From Saprospiraceae bacterium (lineage in GTDB: Bacteria; Bacteroidota; Bacteroidia; Chitinophagales; Saprospiraceae), in assembly GCA_022841345.1 (NCBI GenBank), contig JALHRR010000008.1:96994-147109 (forward strand): 50,116 nucleotides of DNA, read 5' to 3'. Below, one piece after another: positions 1 through 10,271 of the stretch (positions within the stretch are counted from its first letter, which is position 1; each line of letters begins with the position of its first letter). The notes beneath the pieces are model-generated. The model searched no databases. It was not told the origin of the DNA and was given only the letters and a program-made list of their open reading frames with translations. Made by a program: the position numbers and the translations under genes.

Positions 1-89
1 AATTTAATCTTTTGGGCGGATTTTTTGAATTGAAGCAAAAATGCCGCCAAAACGAGTAACTTCGGAATCACACAAAATCAATTAGATTC

Positions 90-305
90 TCAATTCTCCC
101 AATCCGTATCTTCCAGTTCAAATATCTGATCAATACTTGTCTCAAGAACTGCTGCAATTTTCAATGCCAGTACAGCTGAAGGAGCATAGTTACCCTGCTC
201 AATAGCATAAATAGTTTGCCTGCTCACTCCCACCCTCCTTCCTAGTTCCTCCTGCGACCATTCATGCATCTGTCGGTTGATCTTCACTTTATTTTTCATG
301 AGCAA
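90..305 (-). CDS. XRE-family helix-turn-helix transcriptional regulator (Cro/C1-type)
   Basis: 71-aa ORF with the classic HTH_3 signature (WSQEELGRRVGVSRQTIYAIEQG); it pairs with the membrane protein immediately upstream on the same strand. Confidence 0.8.
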   Translation of the reverse strand: MLMKNKVKINRQMHEWSQEELGRRVGVSRQTIYAIEQGNYAPSAVLALKIAAVLETSIDQIFELEDTDWEN

Positions 306-741
306 TAGATCTGTTTATTGAAAGGAATGAAAAACGAAACACCGCATAAACCAGGATTAGAGGAGAAAATAAATGAAATATAGCTGCATAAAAGAAGTAC
401 TCCTGATAGAAAAACAAAAAACTGAGAATCATCAAAATAGTGTTCACAGCCATTCCTCTCTGCCAGCTTTTCAGACGAAGTAATCTGGTAAATTCGTCTT
501 CCTCCTTTAATCTTGCCAGACAAATCATCAAAAGCCCTGTTAGAATTCCAATGCCTAAAATCTCATTCGTGAAGTTTTCATACTGGGGCTTGAGAAAAGA
601 AGCCTCCTCCCGCACCTGAATTTGCAGCACATCAATTTGCCATTCATAAAACAAACTGGCGATCCCAAATGGAATGAAAATGATCAATATGATCCAGCCG
701 ATCATATGATATTTTACCGGTAACTCAAAGTAGGTTTTCAT
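289..741 (-). CDS. small multi-pass membrane protein (DUF2975-like partner of the XRE regulator)
   Basis: 150-aa ORF with about four hydrophobic helices; overlaps the HTH gene by 17 nt, typical of the XRE + membrane-protein two-gene module. Confidence 0.55.
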   Translation of the reverse strand: MKTYFELPVKYHMIGWIILIIFIPFGIASLFYEWQIDVLQIQVREEASFLKPQYENFTNEILGIGILTGLLMICLARLKEEDEFTRLLRLKSWQRGMAVNTILMILSFLFFYQEYFFYAAIFHLFSPLILVYAVFRFSFLSINRSIAHEK

Positions 742-866
742 GGTATTTAATTTTAAACAAATGTAAACTAAACTTTACAATTTGACAAATTTATTTTACA
801 TTTTATTTTAATTTTTTTCACTGCCATATTAGCCCTATTTTCACTTCCATATTTATATCTTTATTT

Positions 867-1547
867 ATGGCATACCGATTACTCTCATTGTGCATATTTA
901 TTATCGTTTCCGCTTCATCAGCAGCACAGGACAAGGCTTCTATCCTAACGATGGGAATAGAAAGAGGATTTGAAAAAAGTAATACCAAGGCTTTTTTAAT
1001 AACAGAGAATGGAGTTGAAAATTTTCTGCCAAAAACACCACATACCTATTGGAGAGTGTATCTGGGGATTCCATTCCAAATTTCAAACCTAAAAATGGAG
1101 GCGGGATTGGGAATTTCCCAGAATCAATTCAAGCAGCATGTTAGTAAATTTTTTGAAGCGCCGGGTACTATTCTGACGGAGCAGTATTCAGTTAGCGGAT
1201 TTGATTTGTTCTTCAAAATTCCTATTGGTATAGGGGAAGACCGATTTGATATGGGCCCCGAATTCAGACAGCAAATCATGATTACAGATCGCCAGGATAC
1301 CAGCGAACCAATATTTCCAACATCTTTAAGCGGAGCACCCGGCAAGGTGAAAGCTTCATACTTTAACATGGGTGTGTTTGCGAATTATATACTATTTCGA
1401 AAACCTCGATTTGAAATGGGACTAAATACTTCATTCGGCTATTCCATTTCAAAATATAGATTTGAATTCCTCACAACTGATAATTTATCATTGTATATGT
1501 ATCTCGGTCTCAACATCACACTATACAGGTCAGAAAAAAATAAATGA
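867..1547 (+). CDS. hypothetical secreted/outer-membrane protein
   Basis: 226-aa ORF with an N-terminal signal-peptide-like segment (LLSLCIFIIVSASSAAQ); no recognisable catalytic motif. Confidence 0.5.
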   Translation: MAYRLLSLCIFIIVSASSAAQDKASILTMGIERGFEKSNTKAFLITENGVENFLPKTPHTYWRVYLGIPFQISNLKMEAGLGISQNQFKQHVSKFFEAPGTILTEQYSVSGFDLFFKIPIGIGEDRFDMGPEFRQQIMITDRQDTSEPIFPTSLSGAPGKVKASYFNMGVFANYILFRKPRFEMGLNTSFGYSISKYRFEFLTTDNLSLYMYLGLNITLYRSEKNK

Positions 1548-1744
1548 ACAGGCCATTTCCCTCACTCTCAGAATTCTGATACCGATTCAATTATTGAATA
1601 CCTGTTCATAATTATTAACTTTATTATTGTGGCTTACCATCCATCACAAAACCCGGCCATTCATCCCTGAGCCTTTACCATCGGGCACATTGCTCGTTTT
1701 GAAAAACAGATTGACTTCATATTTGTGGCAGAAAAAAACACAAT

Positions 1745-2374
1745 ATGGAATCGCTTCTTAAGATCGCTCTCATTCTTCACATTATCGCCGGTATGTCTGC
1801 CTTAGTTTGCGGACTCATTGCATTGTTGCTTCGCAAAGGGAGTTCCGGGCACAAATTGAATGGAAACATATTCTTCTACTCGATGATGGGAGTTGCCATT
1901 ACAGCTTTATTTATTTCAGCATTCAAATCCAATGATTTCCTTTTCTACATTGGACTGTTTTCCTTGTTCATGACCCTAAGTGGGAAAAGAGCCATTCAAA
2001 ATAAAACTTCAACTCCGGGCAAAATTGATATTCTGATTTTAATACTTGGCTTAGGAACAGGAATCTGGATGCTTGCTGAGGCTAATATTGTTTTGCGGGT
2101 ATTCGGAGGACTTTCGCTTTTACTGGCTCTGGGAGATCTCAATGTTTATTATAAAGTGTACAGGAAAATTTCCATTCATGGAAACACCTGGCTAATAAGA
2201 CATATCAGACACATGGTGGGTTCCTATATTTCTACAGCTACTGCATTTCTGGTGGTTAATATTCAGTTCGATCCTGTCTGGATTATGTGGCTCATTCCCA
2301 CCGCCGTTGGAACGCCTGTAATAATTTATTGGATCAGAAAAATCACTCCACAACCAAAAAAGCAATTATCATGA
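1745..2374 (+). CDS. hypothetical integral membrane protein
   Basis: 209-aa ORF with 5-6 predicted TM helices. Confidence 0.5.
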   Translation: MESLLKIALILHIIAGMSALVCGLIALLLRKGSSGHKLNGNIFFYSMMGVAITALFISAFKSNDFLFYIGLFSLFMTLSGKRAIQNKTSTPGKIDILILILGLGTGIWMLAEANIVLRVFGGLSLLLALGDLNVYYKVYRKISIHGNTWLIRHIRHMVGSYISTATAFLVVNIQFDPVWIMWLIPTAVGTPVIIYWIRKITPQPKKQLS

Positions 2375-3615
2375 AGACAGTAATATACAGTACATTACTA
2401 TTTACGATGATGTCTTTTTCCCCGACTGCATGGTCCCAATTGTATGTTGATGGAGGAAAAACCCGTCACAGATTTGCACAAATGCATATCGGAATGGAAA
2501 TGAAAACATTTTCTATTCAAGGTCAAAATCAATCTCTATCTCTAAATGGTGAATGGACAGAATCAAGATTTACAGGACCTGCAGAAGCCAAAATTATTAT
2601 GGGAGGCACTCACTTCTGGGGACATGCAGATTTCTATATTTCCTTTCCGGTTTTTCGGATCGGCAACAAGCAATTTACTTCAGGAGTAGAGACTGCAGCA
2701 CGAATTTTTCCATGGGCTATCAAAAAGGATAAAATCAGGCCCTTTGCAGGTTTTGGACATCTGCCTGTTAGGTTTAAACAAGGTGGTGGAGCAAATGCAA
2801 TCCGGCAAAAACTATTCATTACTACAGGTCTTTCATACCAAAAAGGAAATCACCTCATTGACCTTAATGTGAGTTATTTAACTGGTCCATCTCTGGAATA
2901 TTACTACGCAACCAATTACAAAACAAACACTCAATTACCCCCGATTTCAGTAGGGATTGGATACAGATATTTATTTGATACTACCATTAGTGCTGAAGAA
3001 ACCTGGCAATCCGGAAGAACAAAAATAGTAACAGACACTTTGGCAAAAAGAAAAAAATTAGATGGTTTTACTGTATCTGCAGGACCATCAGTAGCATTCC
3101 ATCTCACTCGATCAGATCGTATGAAAAAGGAATTTGCATATTTGGACAGACATGGGACTTCACAAGTGTTTGCGGATCTTGGATTGGGTTATTACTGGCA
3201 TAAGCCGGACCTACAGGTTAACTTAGCCTATCGGAGTACAAAAGCAGAACAATCAGCATTTGACTATTCGCAATCAATCAAACGCAAATCTCTGGCACTT
3301 GAGTCCTATATTTTCTTCGCTGATTACCACGGATTTGCCCCATTTGCAGGACTAGCCGCAGGACTTGAATGGCTTAATGTAGCAGAAAAATCAAAAGGAA
3401 CAGAAGTCGCTTCGGGACAATTCAGAGGGATAAAGCCCGGGCTTATCTTTGGATGGGATATTCGCCCCAATCGCATCCAAAGCTTTTATCTCCGCACCAA
3501 TCTGCGCTGGTTCCCCAATTTGAAAGTCAATATGCCTGATGGAGGAAATGTTAATCTGGATCAGCTGGAAGTAAATTTTATTCAGCTCGTTGTTTTCCCC
3601 GGAAGAATGTTTTAG
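2371..3615 (+). CDS. outer-membrane beta-barrel protein (porin-like), hypothetical
   Basis: The ORF is called from 2287, but the signal peptide begins at the internal Met ([23 protein letters not shown]) at 2371. It has alternating amphipathic strands and a C-terminal aromatic residue (…FPGRMF), as in OM beta-barrels. Confidence 0.5.
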   Translation: MKTVIYSTLLFTMMSFSPTAWSQLYVDGGKTRHRFAQMHIGMEMKTFSIQGQNQSLSLNGEWTESRFTGPAEAKIIMGGTHFWGHADFYISFPVFRIGNKQFTSGVETAARIFPWAIKKDKIRPFAGFGHLPVRFKQGGGANAIRQKLFITTGLSYQKGNHLIDLNVSYLTGPSLEYYYATNYKTNTQLPPISVGIGYRYLFDTTISAEETWQSGRTKIVTDTLAKRKKLDGFTVSAGPSVAFHLTRSDRMKKEFAYLDRHGTSQVFADLGLGYYWHKPDLQVNLAYRSTKAEQSAFDYSQSIKRKSLALESYIFFADYHGFAPFAGLAAGLEWLNVAEKSKGTEVASGQFRGIKPGLIFGWDIRPNRIQSFYLRTNLRWFPNLKVNMPDGGNVNLDQLEVNFIQLVVFPGRMF

Positions 3616-3627
3616 GCAATTTTAATT

Positions 3628-3635
3628 TACCTTTG
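3628..3635 (+). promoter_or_regulatory. Bacteroidota -7 promoter element (TAnnTTTG) upstream of fumC
   Basis: TACCTTTG sits about 20 nt before the ATG at 3657; it falls inside the longer ORF call (3633), which favours the 3657 start. Confidence 0.35.
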
Positions 3636-3656
3636 CGGCCAAAATATAACAAGAAA

Positions 3657-5051
3657 ATGGCCTACAGAATAGAACACGATACAATGGGTGAAGTGCAGGT
3701 ACCTGCTGACAAATATTGGGGAGCTCAGACACAAAGATCGAAACAAAACTTCACTATCGGTGGTCAGTTAATGCCGGTTGAGGTTATTCATGCTTTTGCA
3801 TATTTGAAAAAAGCAGCGGCAATTACTAATCATGAGGCCGGAATATTATCAGAAGAAAAAACAAAACTGATAAGCAGAGTCTGTGAAGAAATCATTCAAA
3901 ATCAGTGGATGGATCAATTTCCTCTTGTGGTGTGGCAAACCGGCTCAGGAACTCAATCCAATATGAACCTGAATGAAGTCATTGCCAACCGCGCACATGT
4001 TTTGAATGGTGGGCAATTATCCGATGACAAAAAATTCATTCATCCCAATGATGATGTCAACAAATCACAATCTTCCAATGACACCTTTCCTACCGCCATG
4101 CATATCGCTGCATATATAAGTGTAGTTGAAAAAGTAATTCCAAATGTCACCCAACTCAGAAATACACTTGAGAGGGTTGCAAATGAAAATATGGGAGTGG
4201 TCAAAATCGGTCGTACGCACCTGATGGATGCTACACCACTGACACTGGGTCAGGAATTTTCTGGTTATGTTTCACAGTTGGATCATGCTTTGAGAGCTAT
4301 CCGTCATACTTTGGATCACCTGAGCGAACTGGCATTGGGTGGGACAGCTGTAGGAACAGGCCTCAATACTCCTCCGGGGTACTCAGAAAACGTAGCAAAA
4401 CATATAGCTGCACTTACCGGGCATCCATTCAAAACTGCAGAAAATAAATTTGAAGCACTTGCATCACATGACGCTATTGTTGAAGCTCATGGAGCGCTCA
4501 AAACACTGGCTGTCAGCCTGATGAAAATTGCAAATGACATCAGATTGCTCGCTTCCGGTCCCCGTTGTGGTATCGGAGAAATCATGATCCCTGAAAATGA
4601 GCCGGGTTCTTCTATTATGCCCGGCAAAGTCAATCCCACTCAGGCGGAAGCTATGACTATGGTTTGCGCACAAGTTCTGGGAAATGATGTAGCTATCAGT
4701 GTGGGTGGCATGAACGGACATTTTGAATTGAATGTCTTCAAACCAGTCATGATATACAATTTCCTTGTTTCAGCAAATTTGTTGGCCGATGCCTGTGATT
4801 CATTTGATAAGCATTGTGCTGTCGGAATACAGCCCAATCATGCCGCTATTCGCGAAAACCTGGAGAACTCTCTGATGCTTGTGACTGCACTGAACCCGCA
4901 CATCGGATATGAAAATGCAGCGAAAATTGCCAAGAAAGCCCATAAAGAGAACTTGACATTAAGAGAAGCTGCTTTGAAACTTGAATTACTGACAAATGAG
5001 CAGTTTGATCAATGGGTCAAACCTGAAGACATGGTCAGCGGATTGAAATAA
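3657..5051 (+). CDS. fumC: class II fumarate hydratase
   Basis: Carries the fumarase/aspartase family signature [17 protein letters not shown]; length and N-terminus ([13 protein letters not shown]) match FumC. Confidence 0.93.
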   Translation: MAYRIEHDTMGEVQVPADKYWGAQTQRSKQNFTIGGQLMPVEVIHAFAYLKKAAAITNHEAGILSEEKTKLISRVCEEIIQNQWMDQFPLVVWQTGSGTQSNMNLNEVIANRAHVLNGGQLSDDKKFIHPNDDVNKSQSSNDTFPTAMHIAAYISVVEKVIPNVTQLRNTLERVANENMGVVKIGRTHLMDATPLTLGQEFSGYVSQLDHALRAIRHTLDHLSELALGGTAVGTGLNTPPGYSENVAKHIAALTGHPFKTAENKFEALASHDAIVEAHGALKTLAVSLMKIANDIRLLASGPRCGIGEIMIPENEPGSSIMPGKVNPTQAEAMTMVCAQVLGNDVAISVGGMNGHFELNVFKPVMIYNFLVSANLLADACDSFDKHCAVGIQPNHAAIRENLENSLMLVTALNPHIGYENAAKIAKKAHKENLTLREAALKLELLTNEQFDQWVKPEDMVSGLK

Positions 5052-5144
5052 AATTCAGCAATAATGGTAACTTTGGAAAATGTGTGAAATAAAACAAACA
5101 CAAGACTTGTATTTCCAACAGATGATATTATCTTTGCAGTCCTT

Positions 5145-5690
5145 TTGAAAGAAACGCGTATAATGGATCCATTGATGGAATATAACATACCGATCCAAGG
5201 GCTCAATAGTGGGCTCCACAGGTTTGAATTCCGCATAGGAGCTCAGTTCTTTAATCATTTTGAAAATAGTCTTGTAGATCAGGGAAATTTTGAGGTGATT
5301 GTGGAAATGGACAAACGTCCTGACATGTTGGAATGCATATTTACCATAGAAGGTAGCATACCCACAAATTGCGACAGATGCTTAGCTCCGATATCCATGC
5401 CGATCAGTGGAGAACAGACGCTGTTGTTTAAGTACACGGATGATGCACTGGAAGAAGAGGATGAAATTGTTTTTATCCCTTATGGAACCAGCATCCTGGA
5501 TTTAAGTCAGTATATCTACGAAGCAATATCGCTTTCCATTCCACTGGTCAAAATGTATGACTGTGATAATGAGGAAGTTGTACCTTGCAACAAAGAAATG
5601 CTGGAGATTTTGAAAGGAAAAGAAAATGATGAAAATACTGATGGGCCGAATCCAATTTGGGATGCTCTGAAAGGTTTCAACGATAATTAG
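5145..5690 (+). CDS. yceD: YceD/DUF177 family protein (23S rRNA accumulation protein)
   Basis: Has the CDRCLAPISMPISGEQ motif and an acidic C-terminus, and lies immediately upstream of rpmF (conserved yceD-rpmF pair); the start may be the internal Met at 5163. Confidence 0.75.
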   Translation: MKETRIMDPLMEYNIPIQGLNSGLHRFEFRIGAQFFNHFENSLVDQGNFEVIVEMDKRPDMLECIFTIEGSIPTNCDRCLAPISMPISGEQTLLFKYTDDALEEEDEIVFIPYGTSILDLSQYIYEAISLSIPLVKMYDCDNEEVVPCNKEMLEILKGKENDENTDGPNPIWDALKGFNDN

Positions 5691-5714
5691 ATAGAAAAAA
5701 TAAATTGACAAGTA

Positions 5715-5909
5715 ATGGCACATCCTAAGACCAGAATATCCAAACAGCGTAAAAGAAAGCGTCGCACGCACTATAAAGCAGTTGCACCTAATGTAGCTAC
5801 ATGTGCTACAACAGGTACAGCTCATATGTTTCACAGAGCTTATCAGGTAGACGGCGATCTTTACTACAAAGGCCGTGTATTGGTAAAAGGCGAGATCGAA
5901 GAAGTATAG
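5715..5909 (+). CDS. rpmF: 50S ribosomal protein L32
   Basis: 64-aa protein [22 protein letters not shown]…, a typical L32. Confidence 0.9.
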   Translation: MAHPKTRISKQRKRKRRTHYKAVAPNVATCATTGTAHMFHRAYQVDGDLYYKGRVLVKGEIEEV

Positions 5910-6143
5910 TTTCGATCCGGAAAAGATAAACAAAGAGCTCCCATAAGTAATTATGCGGGGCTTTTTGTGTTTTGATACGGCTTTCAACTATTTTCAATCA
6001 GTATTCAATACCATTTCTGATTTCTCAGAATTTTCCAATAAGTTTGCACACTTCTTACTAAAGAAAAGATATAAGTAACCCCGGTATCCGGATTTTTTAT
6101 ACTTGTTTAAGTTTATATTCTTGTAAAAATCAACAATAAAACC

Positions 6144-6527
6144 ATGAAAAAAATAATCCAAACTGCAAATGCTCCGGCACCAATTGGCCCTTATAATCAG
6201 GCTGTTTTATTTGGCAACATCCTGTTTGTTTCTGGTCAAATTGCTATCGATCCGGCTACCGGAAATCTAATCACTGATAATATTGAGGATGAAGCACATC
6301 AGGTTCTTAAGAATGTTGGAGCAATATTGAAAGAAGCAGGTTTGAGTTATGATGATGTATTAAAAGCTTCTGTATTTGTGAAGGACATGGGACTTTTCGC
6401 CAGAATCAATGCTATCTATACTCAATACTTTGGAGAAGAAAATGCACCTGCCAGGGAATTGGTAGAAGTGACAGCCCTCCCCAAATATGTCAATCTTGAA
6501 ATTTCTGTTATCGCAGGTAAAGCATAA
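6144..6527 (+). CDS. ridA: RidA/YjgF family reactive-intermediate (enamine/imine) deaminase
   Basis: 127 aa; has the conserved N-terminus APAPIGPYNQAV and a C-terminal PARE…VEV motif. Confidence 0.85.
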   Translation: MKKIIQTANAPAPIGPYNQAVLFGNILFVSGQIAIDPATGNLITDNIEDEAHQVLKNVGAILKEAGLSYDDVLKASVFVKDMGLFARINAIYTQYFGEENAPARELVEVTALPKYVNLEISVIAGKA

Positions 6528-6536
6528 TTTTCATTT

Positions 6537-7553
6537 ATGGAAAACAAGAAAAAGAACGTTCTTTCAGCCATTCAGCCTACGGGCGATCTTCATTTGGGTA
6601 ACTACTTTGGAGCAGTTAAAAACTGGGTGGCTATTCAGGAAGAATATAATGCTGTCTATGGAGTTGTGAATTATCATACTATGACGATGCCCTATAAATC
6701 AGCACAGTTGCAGGAAGCTACCTGGAAAATGATTTTTATGGTGATGGCTTGCGGAGTTAAAGCTGAGAATTTGTTTATTCAATCTTTGATTCCGGAACAT
6801 GCAGAACTGGCCTGGATATTTGGATGTACCTGTTCATATGGTGAATTATCCCGCATGACTCAGTTCAAAGACAAGGGCGAACAATTGAAAGAAGGAGATA
6901 AAGAAGCATTTGTATCTGCTGGTTTATTCTACTACCCTGTTTTGCAGGCAGCAGATATCTTAATTTATCATGCAGATCTTGTTCCTGTAGGTAAAGATCA
7001 GGAACAGCATCTCGAACTCTCAAGAAATATCGCCGCCAGATTCAACAGACAATTTAACAAAGAATATTTTGTGCACCCCGAGCCTTTGTACACTGAAACT
7101 CCAAAAGTATTATCCCTCGCAGATCCTTCCCGCAAAATGAGCAAGAGTCTCGGTGAAAAGCATTACGTGAATCTATTCGGGGATGCAGACAGAATCAGAA
7201 AACAAGTTCGCTCAGCTGTGACAGATACCGGAGAAAGAACAGATACTATGAGTGCAGGAGTCAGCAACTTGTTTGAGCTCCTCAAAGCCTGTGAAAAGCA
7301 CGATGTGAGAAAATCACTCCTGGATGACTACAGCAGCGGCGCATTGAAATATGCAGATTTAAAAGAAGCAGTTGCGGAGGCACTTGTAGAACTAACAAAG
7401 CCTCTAAAAGAAAATCTAGCTGCCATTCAGGCTGACAAAAAGAATGTAAAATCCCAGATACAAGATAGTTCAGCTGAAATCAGAAAACGGGCTATTCAAA
7501 CTTTAAAAGATGTGAAGGAATTGACTGGGTTGGCGATTCAGAGAGGGTATTGA
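6537..7553 (+). CDS. trpS: tryptophan--tRNA ligase
   Basis: Class I aaRS HIGH variant (HLGNY) and KMSKS motifs; length 338 aa. Confidence 0.92.
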   Translation: MENKKKNVLSAIQPTGDLHLGNYFGAVKNWVAIQEEYNAVYGVVNYHTMTMPYKSAQLQEATWKMIFMVMACGVKAENLFIQSLIPEHAELAWIFGCTCSYGELSRMTQFKDKGEQLKEGDKEAFVSAGLFYYPVLQAADILIYHADLVPVGKDQEQHLELSRNIAARFNRQFNKEYFVHPEPLYTETPKVLSLADPSRKMSKSLGEKHYVNLFGDADRIRKQVRSAVTDTGERTDTMSAGVSNLFELLKACEKHDVRKSLLDDYSSGALKYADLKEAVAEALVELTKPLKENLAAIQADKKNVKSQIQDSSAEIRKRAIQTLKDVKELTGLAIQRGY

Positions 7554-7555
7554 AG

Positions 7556-7625
7556 TGATGGGTTATGAATGCTGAATTATGAGTTATGAGTGAAACAGCC
7601 GTTTATGAGAGATAAGGTGTTAAGA
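7556..7625. repeat. copy of the intergenic modular repeat (AGTTATG heptamers + GAAACAGCCG core, reverse orientation)
   Basis: gagttatgagttatgagtgaaacagccg is the reverse complement of the CGGCTGTTCACTCATAACTCATAACTC units seen at 8375-8614 and 37.9-38.4 kb. Confidence 0.6.
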
Positions 7626-7735
7626 AATAAATTTATGTTATGATTGGCAGGTTGAAAAAACGTTTGTTTAGTGTTCTTTGAAAATCGGATCAGATAATAA
7701 ATAACTTCTTCAAATTCAGCTAAACTATTTATAAT

Positions 7736-7890
7736 GGAAGCAATCACAAATAAGGACTAACTTGATGCTTATCTTCGCAGAGCTTATGAGCTGATGCAGA
7801 AAGATTTAAAGCCAAATTCAAAAGAATCTGATGAATTATAACAACTGAGTATAAGCATTGAAAAATATGAGAGAGAAAACCTGGACATGC
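7736..7890 (+). pseudogene. remnant of a HigA-family antitoxin gene (N-terminal segment only)
   Basis: Reads MEAITNKD*LDAYLRRAYELMQKDLKPNSKESDELYQLSISIEKYERENLDMR**. The xPNSxExDELxxLxxLIExYE pattern matches the N-terminal domain of HigA-type antitoxins, but there is an in-frame TAA at codon 9 and no HTH domain follows. Confidence 0.3.
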
Positions 7891-8002
7891 GATGATAATT
7901 CGATTAAAATTGATGTATAAGTTTCCGAATTTATCATCAAATATATATTTTAGGTTTTGAAAGGAAAAGATAAGTCTGAATACTAATATTAAAGCCAATT
8001 TT

Positions 8003-8362
8003 ATGGGAAATTCAATATTAGTAAAAAAATCCTTTCAGTTCGCAATTCTCACGATTAATACTTATAAAGTACTCGTTTCTGTTTCAAAAGAGTATGTCAT
8101 GAGCAGACAATTACTCAAATCCGGAACATCAGTTGGGGCAAATGTTAGAGAGGCTCAAAATGCAGAAAGTAAGTTGGACTTTATTCATAAATTAGCAATA
8201 GCACAGAAAGAATGTGACGAGACCTTATATTGGCTGGAACTTTTATTTGAAACAGATTTTATCCATGAAGATATTTATCATAATTTACACACTGATGCTG
8301 AAGAGTTAATCAAAATGATTAAAAGTGCCATTATAACTACGAAGCAAAACTATTTAAAATGA
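8003..8362 (+). CDS. four-helix-bundle protein (23S rRNA intervening-sequence protein family)
   Basis: 119 aa with the family-typical SGTSVGANVREAQNAESKLDFIHKLAIAQKECDETLYWLEL motif. Confidence 0.8.
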   Translation: MGNSILVKKSFQFAILTINTYKVLVSVSKEYVMSRQLLKSGTSVGANVREAQNAESKLDFIHKLAIAQKECDETLYWLELLFETDFIHEDIYHNLHTDAEELIKMIKSAIITTKQNYLK

Positions 8363-8374
8363 AATTCAAATAAA

Positions 8375-8614
8375 CAGCTATAGTCCACACCGATAACTCC
8401 AACCGGATGTTCACTCATCATCCATAACTCCTAACTCATAACTCCAACTGGCTGTTAATTCATAACTCATAACTCGTAACTCATAACTCCCACCCGGCTG
8501 TTCACTCATCATTCATAACTCATAACTCATAACTCATAACTCATAACTCGTAACTCGTAACTCCAACTGGCTGTTCACTCATCATTCATAACTCATAATT
8601 CATAACTCCACAAC
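8375..8614. repeat. CATAACT heptanucleotide tandem-repeat array (VNTR) interleaved with GGCTGTTCACTCATCATT core units
   Basis: Runs of up to 6 consecutive CATAACT/CGTAACT units, and three blocks repeat the ACTCCAACTGGCTGTT…CATAACTC structure; the array ends directly at the GTG start of the downstream FAH gene. Confidence 0.8.
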
Positions 8615-9223
8615 GTGAAAATTTTTTGTATCGGTCGAAATTACGCTGAGCACGCAAAGGAATTAAACAATGAAGTCCCGGATGAACCGGTCATATTCAT
8701 GAAGCCGGCGACAGCTTTATTGCTGGAAAATAAACCATTTTTCATGCCTGAATTTTCTAAGGATATTCACCATGAAATCGAGGTGGTCATTCGCATCAGC
8801 AAGAAAGGGAAGCATATTCAGGAGGAATTTGCCGACAGATATTTTGAGCAATTCAGTTTAGGAATTGATTTTACAGCAAGAGATTTGCAATCACATCTAA
8901 AGTCAAAAGGACTCCCCTGGGAGAAAGCTAAAGCATTTGATCATTCAGCTGTACTCGGAAAATGGCTGGACAAAAATGATTATGACCTGAATAAGCTCAA
9001 GTTTGAACTTTACAAAAATGAAACTATCGTCCAGACAGGTGACACAAGCGATATGATATTTTCATTCCATAATTTGATTGCCCAGGTATCAAAATACTTT
9101 ACTCTGGAGCAGGGTGATCTCATCTACTCAGGGACACCTTCGGGTGTAAGTGCTGTTGCAATCGGTGATGTTCTGGTTGGCAGGATTGGGGAGCTGAGAG
9201 TGTTTTCAACAGAGATTAAGTAA
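8615..9223 (+). CDS. fumarylacetoacetate hydrolase (FAH) family protein
   Basis: 202 aa starting MKIFCIGRNYAEHAKEL (GTG start); has the conserved FAH-fold N-terminus and a GDLIYSGTPSGV segment. Confidence 0.8.
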   Translation: MKIFCIGRNYAEHAKELNNEVPDEPVIFMKPATALLLENKPFFMPEFSKDIHHEIEVVIRISKKGKHIQEEFADRYFEQFSLGIDFTARDLQSHLKSKGLPWEKAKAFDHSAVLGKWLDKNDYDLNKLKFELYKNETIVQTGDTSDMIFSFHNLIAQVSKYFTLEQGDLIYSGTPSGVSAVAIGDVLVGRIGELRVFSTEIK

Positions 9224-9229
9224 ATTATA

Positions 9230-10270
9230 TTATCCTATAACTTCATACAGCATCATGGGTTGAATCTTATTTTTAAGCTGTGTTTCACCTACCTTCTTAC
9301 AATCAAAATTTTCTTTTATTTTTTCATAGGCAACTTCATTAATAAGAATCTGGCCCGGAGCAGCTGCTGCCTGCAATCGCTGTGCAGTATTGACAGCATC
9401 GCCAATTACCGTGTAATCCAGCCTTCTTAAGCTTACAGAGCCTATATTTCCTGAAATCATCTCTCCACAATTGATCCCGATGGAAACATTGGGTTTAAAT
9501 GTAAATGATTCTGATAATACCGGAAGCTGGTCAATTTTCGATCTGAGTTCAAGGCTGGCATCTAATGCCCGGTCCAGATGATAATCTCCCCTGAAAACTG
9601 CCATCACCGCGTCTCCTATAAATTTATCTACATATCCATTGTGTGCAATGATCACTTTGACCATTGTATCAAAATAGTTGTTTAACAATTGAACAACATT
9701 CTCAGGTGATTCATTTTCGCTAATGGTTGTGAACGAACAGATGTCTACAAACATAACAGTCGCTTCTACCATCTCAGTTGCATTAACTGAAGATTCAAAT
9801 TCGCGGCCACCCATAAAATTCAAAACCGTCTCATCCACATACATCTTGAGTATGTTATTTTCTTTGATCGCAGCCAAAGTCTTGCGCAATTGGAGCACAT
9901 GATCAGCAGTTTTGTTGATTGTCAATTCCAGGTCCTGAAAATTAACCGGCTTGGTAATGAAGTCAAATGCCCCTCTATTCATTGCTGTACGTATATTTTC
10001 CATATCGCCATAGGCAGAAACAACCACTGCTTTTAAAATAGAATTCAGTTCAGCTACATGAGACAATAATGTGAGCCCATCAATCACCGGCATATTAATG
10101 TCGCTCAGCACTACATCTACATCCAGATGCTGTTCTAAAAGTTCTAATGCGATTTTTCCATTTGCCGCAAAAATAAAATCGTACTCGTTCTCTCTGATTT
10201 TCTTTCTGAATTTCTGCTTGATCAGCATTTCCAGATCAGATTCATCATCGACTACTAATATTTTCGTCAT
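9230..10270 (-). CDS. response regulator with C-terminal class III adenylate/guanylate cyclase domain
   Basis: N-terminal receiver (ILVVDDE…D…SDINMP) plus a CHD domain with metal-binding Asp motifs (MFVDICSFT, IGDAVMAVF) and the NTAQRLQ transition-state motif. Confidence 0.85.
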   Translation of the reverse strand: MTKILVVDDESDLEMLIKQKFRKKIRENEYDFIFAANGKIALELLEQHLDVDVVLSDINMPVIDGLTLLSHVAELNSILKAVVVSAYGDMENIRTAMNRGAFDFITKPVNFQDLELTINKTADHVLQLRKTLAAIKENNILKMYVDETVLNFMGGREFESSVNATEMVEATVMFVDICSFTTISENESPENVVQLLNNYFDTMVKVIIAHNGYVDKFIGDAVMAVFRGDYHLDRALDASLELRSKIDQLPVLSESFTFKPNVSIGINCGEMISGNIGSVSLRRLDYTVIGDAVNTAQRLQAAAAPGQILINEVAYEKIKENFDCKKVGETQLKNKIQPMMLYEVIG

Positions 10271-10271
10271 G

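Noticed and set aside
2287-2370. N-terminal 28-codon extension of the OM beta-barrel ORF overlapping the upstream membrane-protein gene
   Set aside because: A signal peptide begins at the internal Met at 2371; the extension overlaps the 3' end of the 1745-2374 gene and lacks a signal sequence.
5502-5997. 161-aa and 63-aa minus-strand ORFs overlapping yceD and rpmF
   Set aside because: Antisense to two well-conserved genes and Cys/Phe/Ile-rich, which is typical of AT-rich antisense frames.
8375-8614. Possible CRISPR array suggested by short tandem repeats
   Set aside because: Units are 7-nt microsatellite repeats with no uniform spacers of 25-40 nt, and no cas genes are nearby; the same units occur at other loci as part of a dispersed repeat family.
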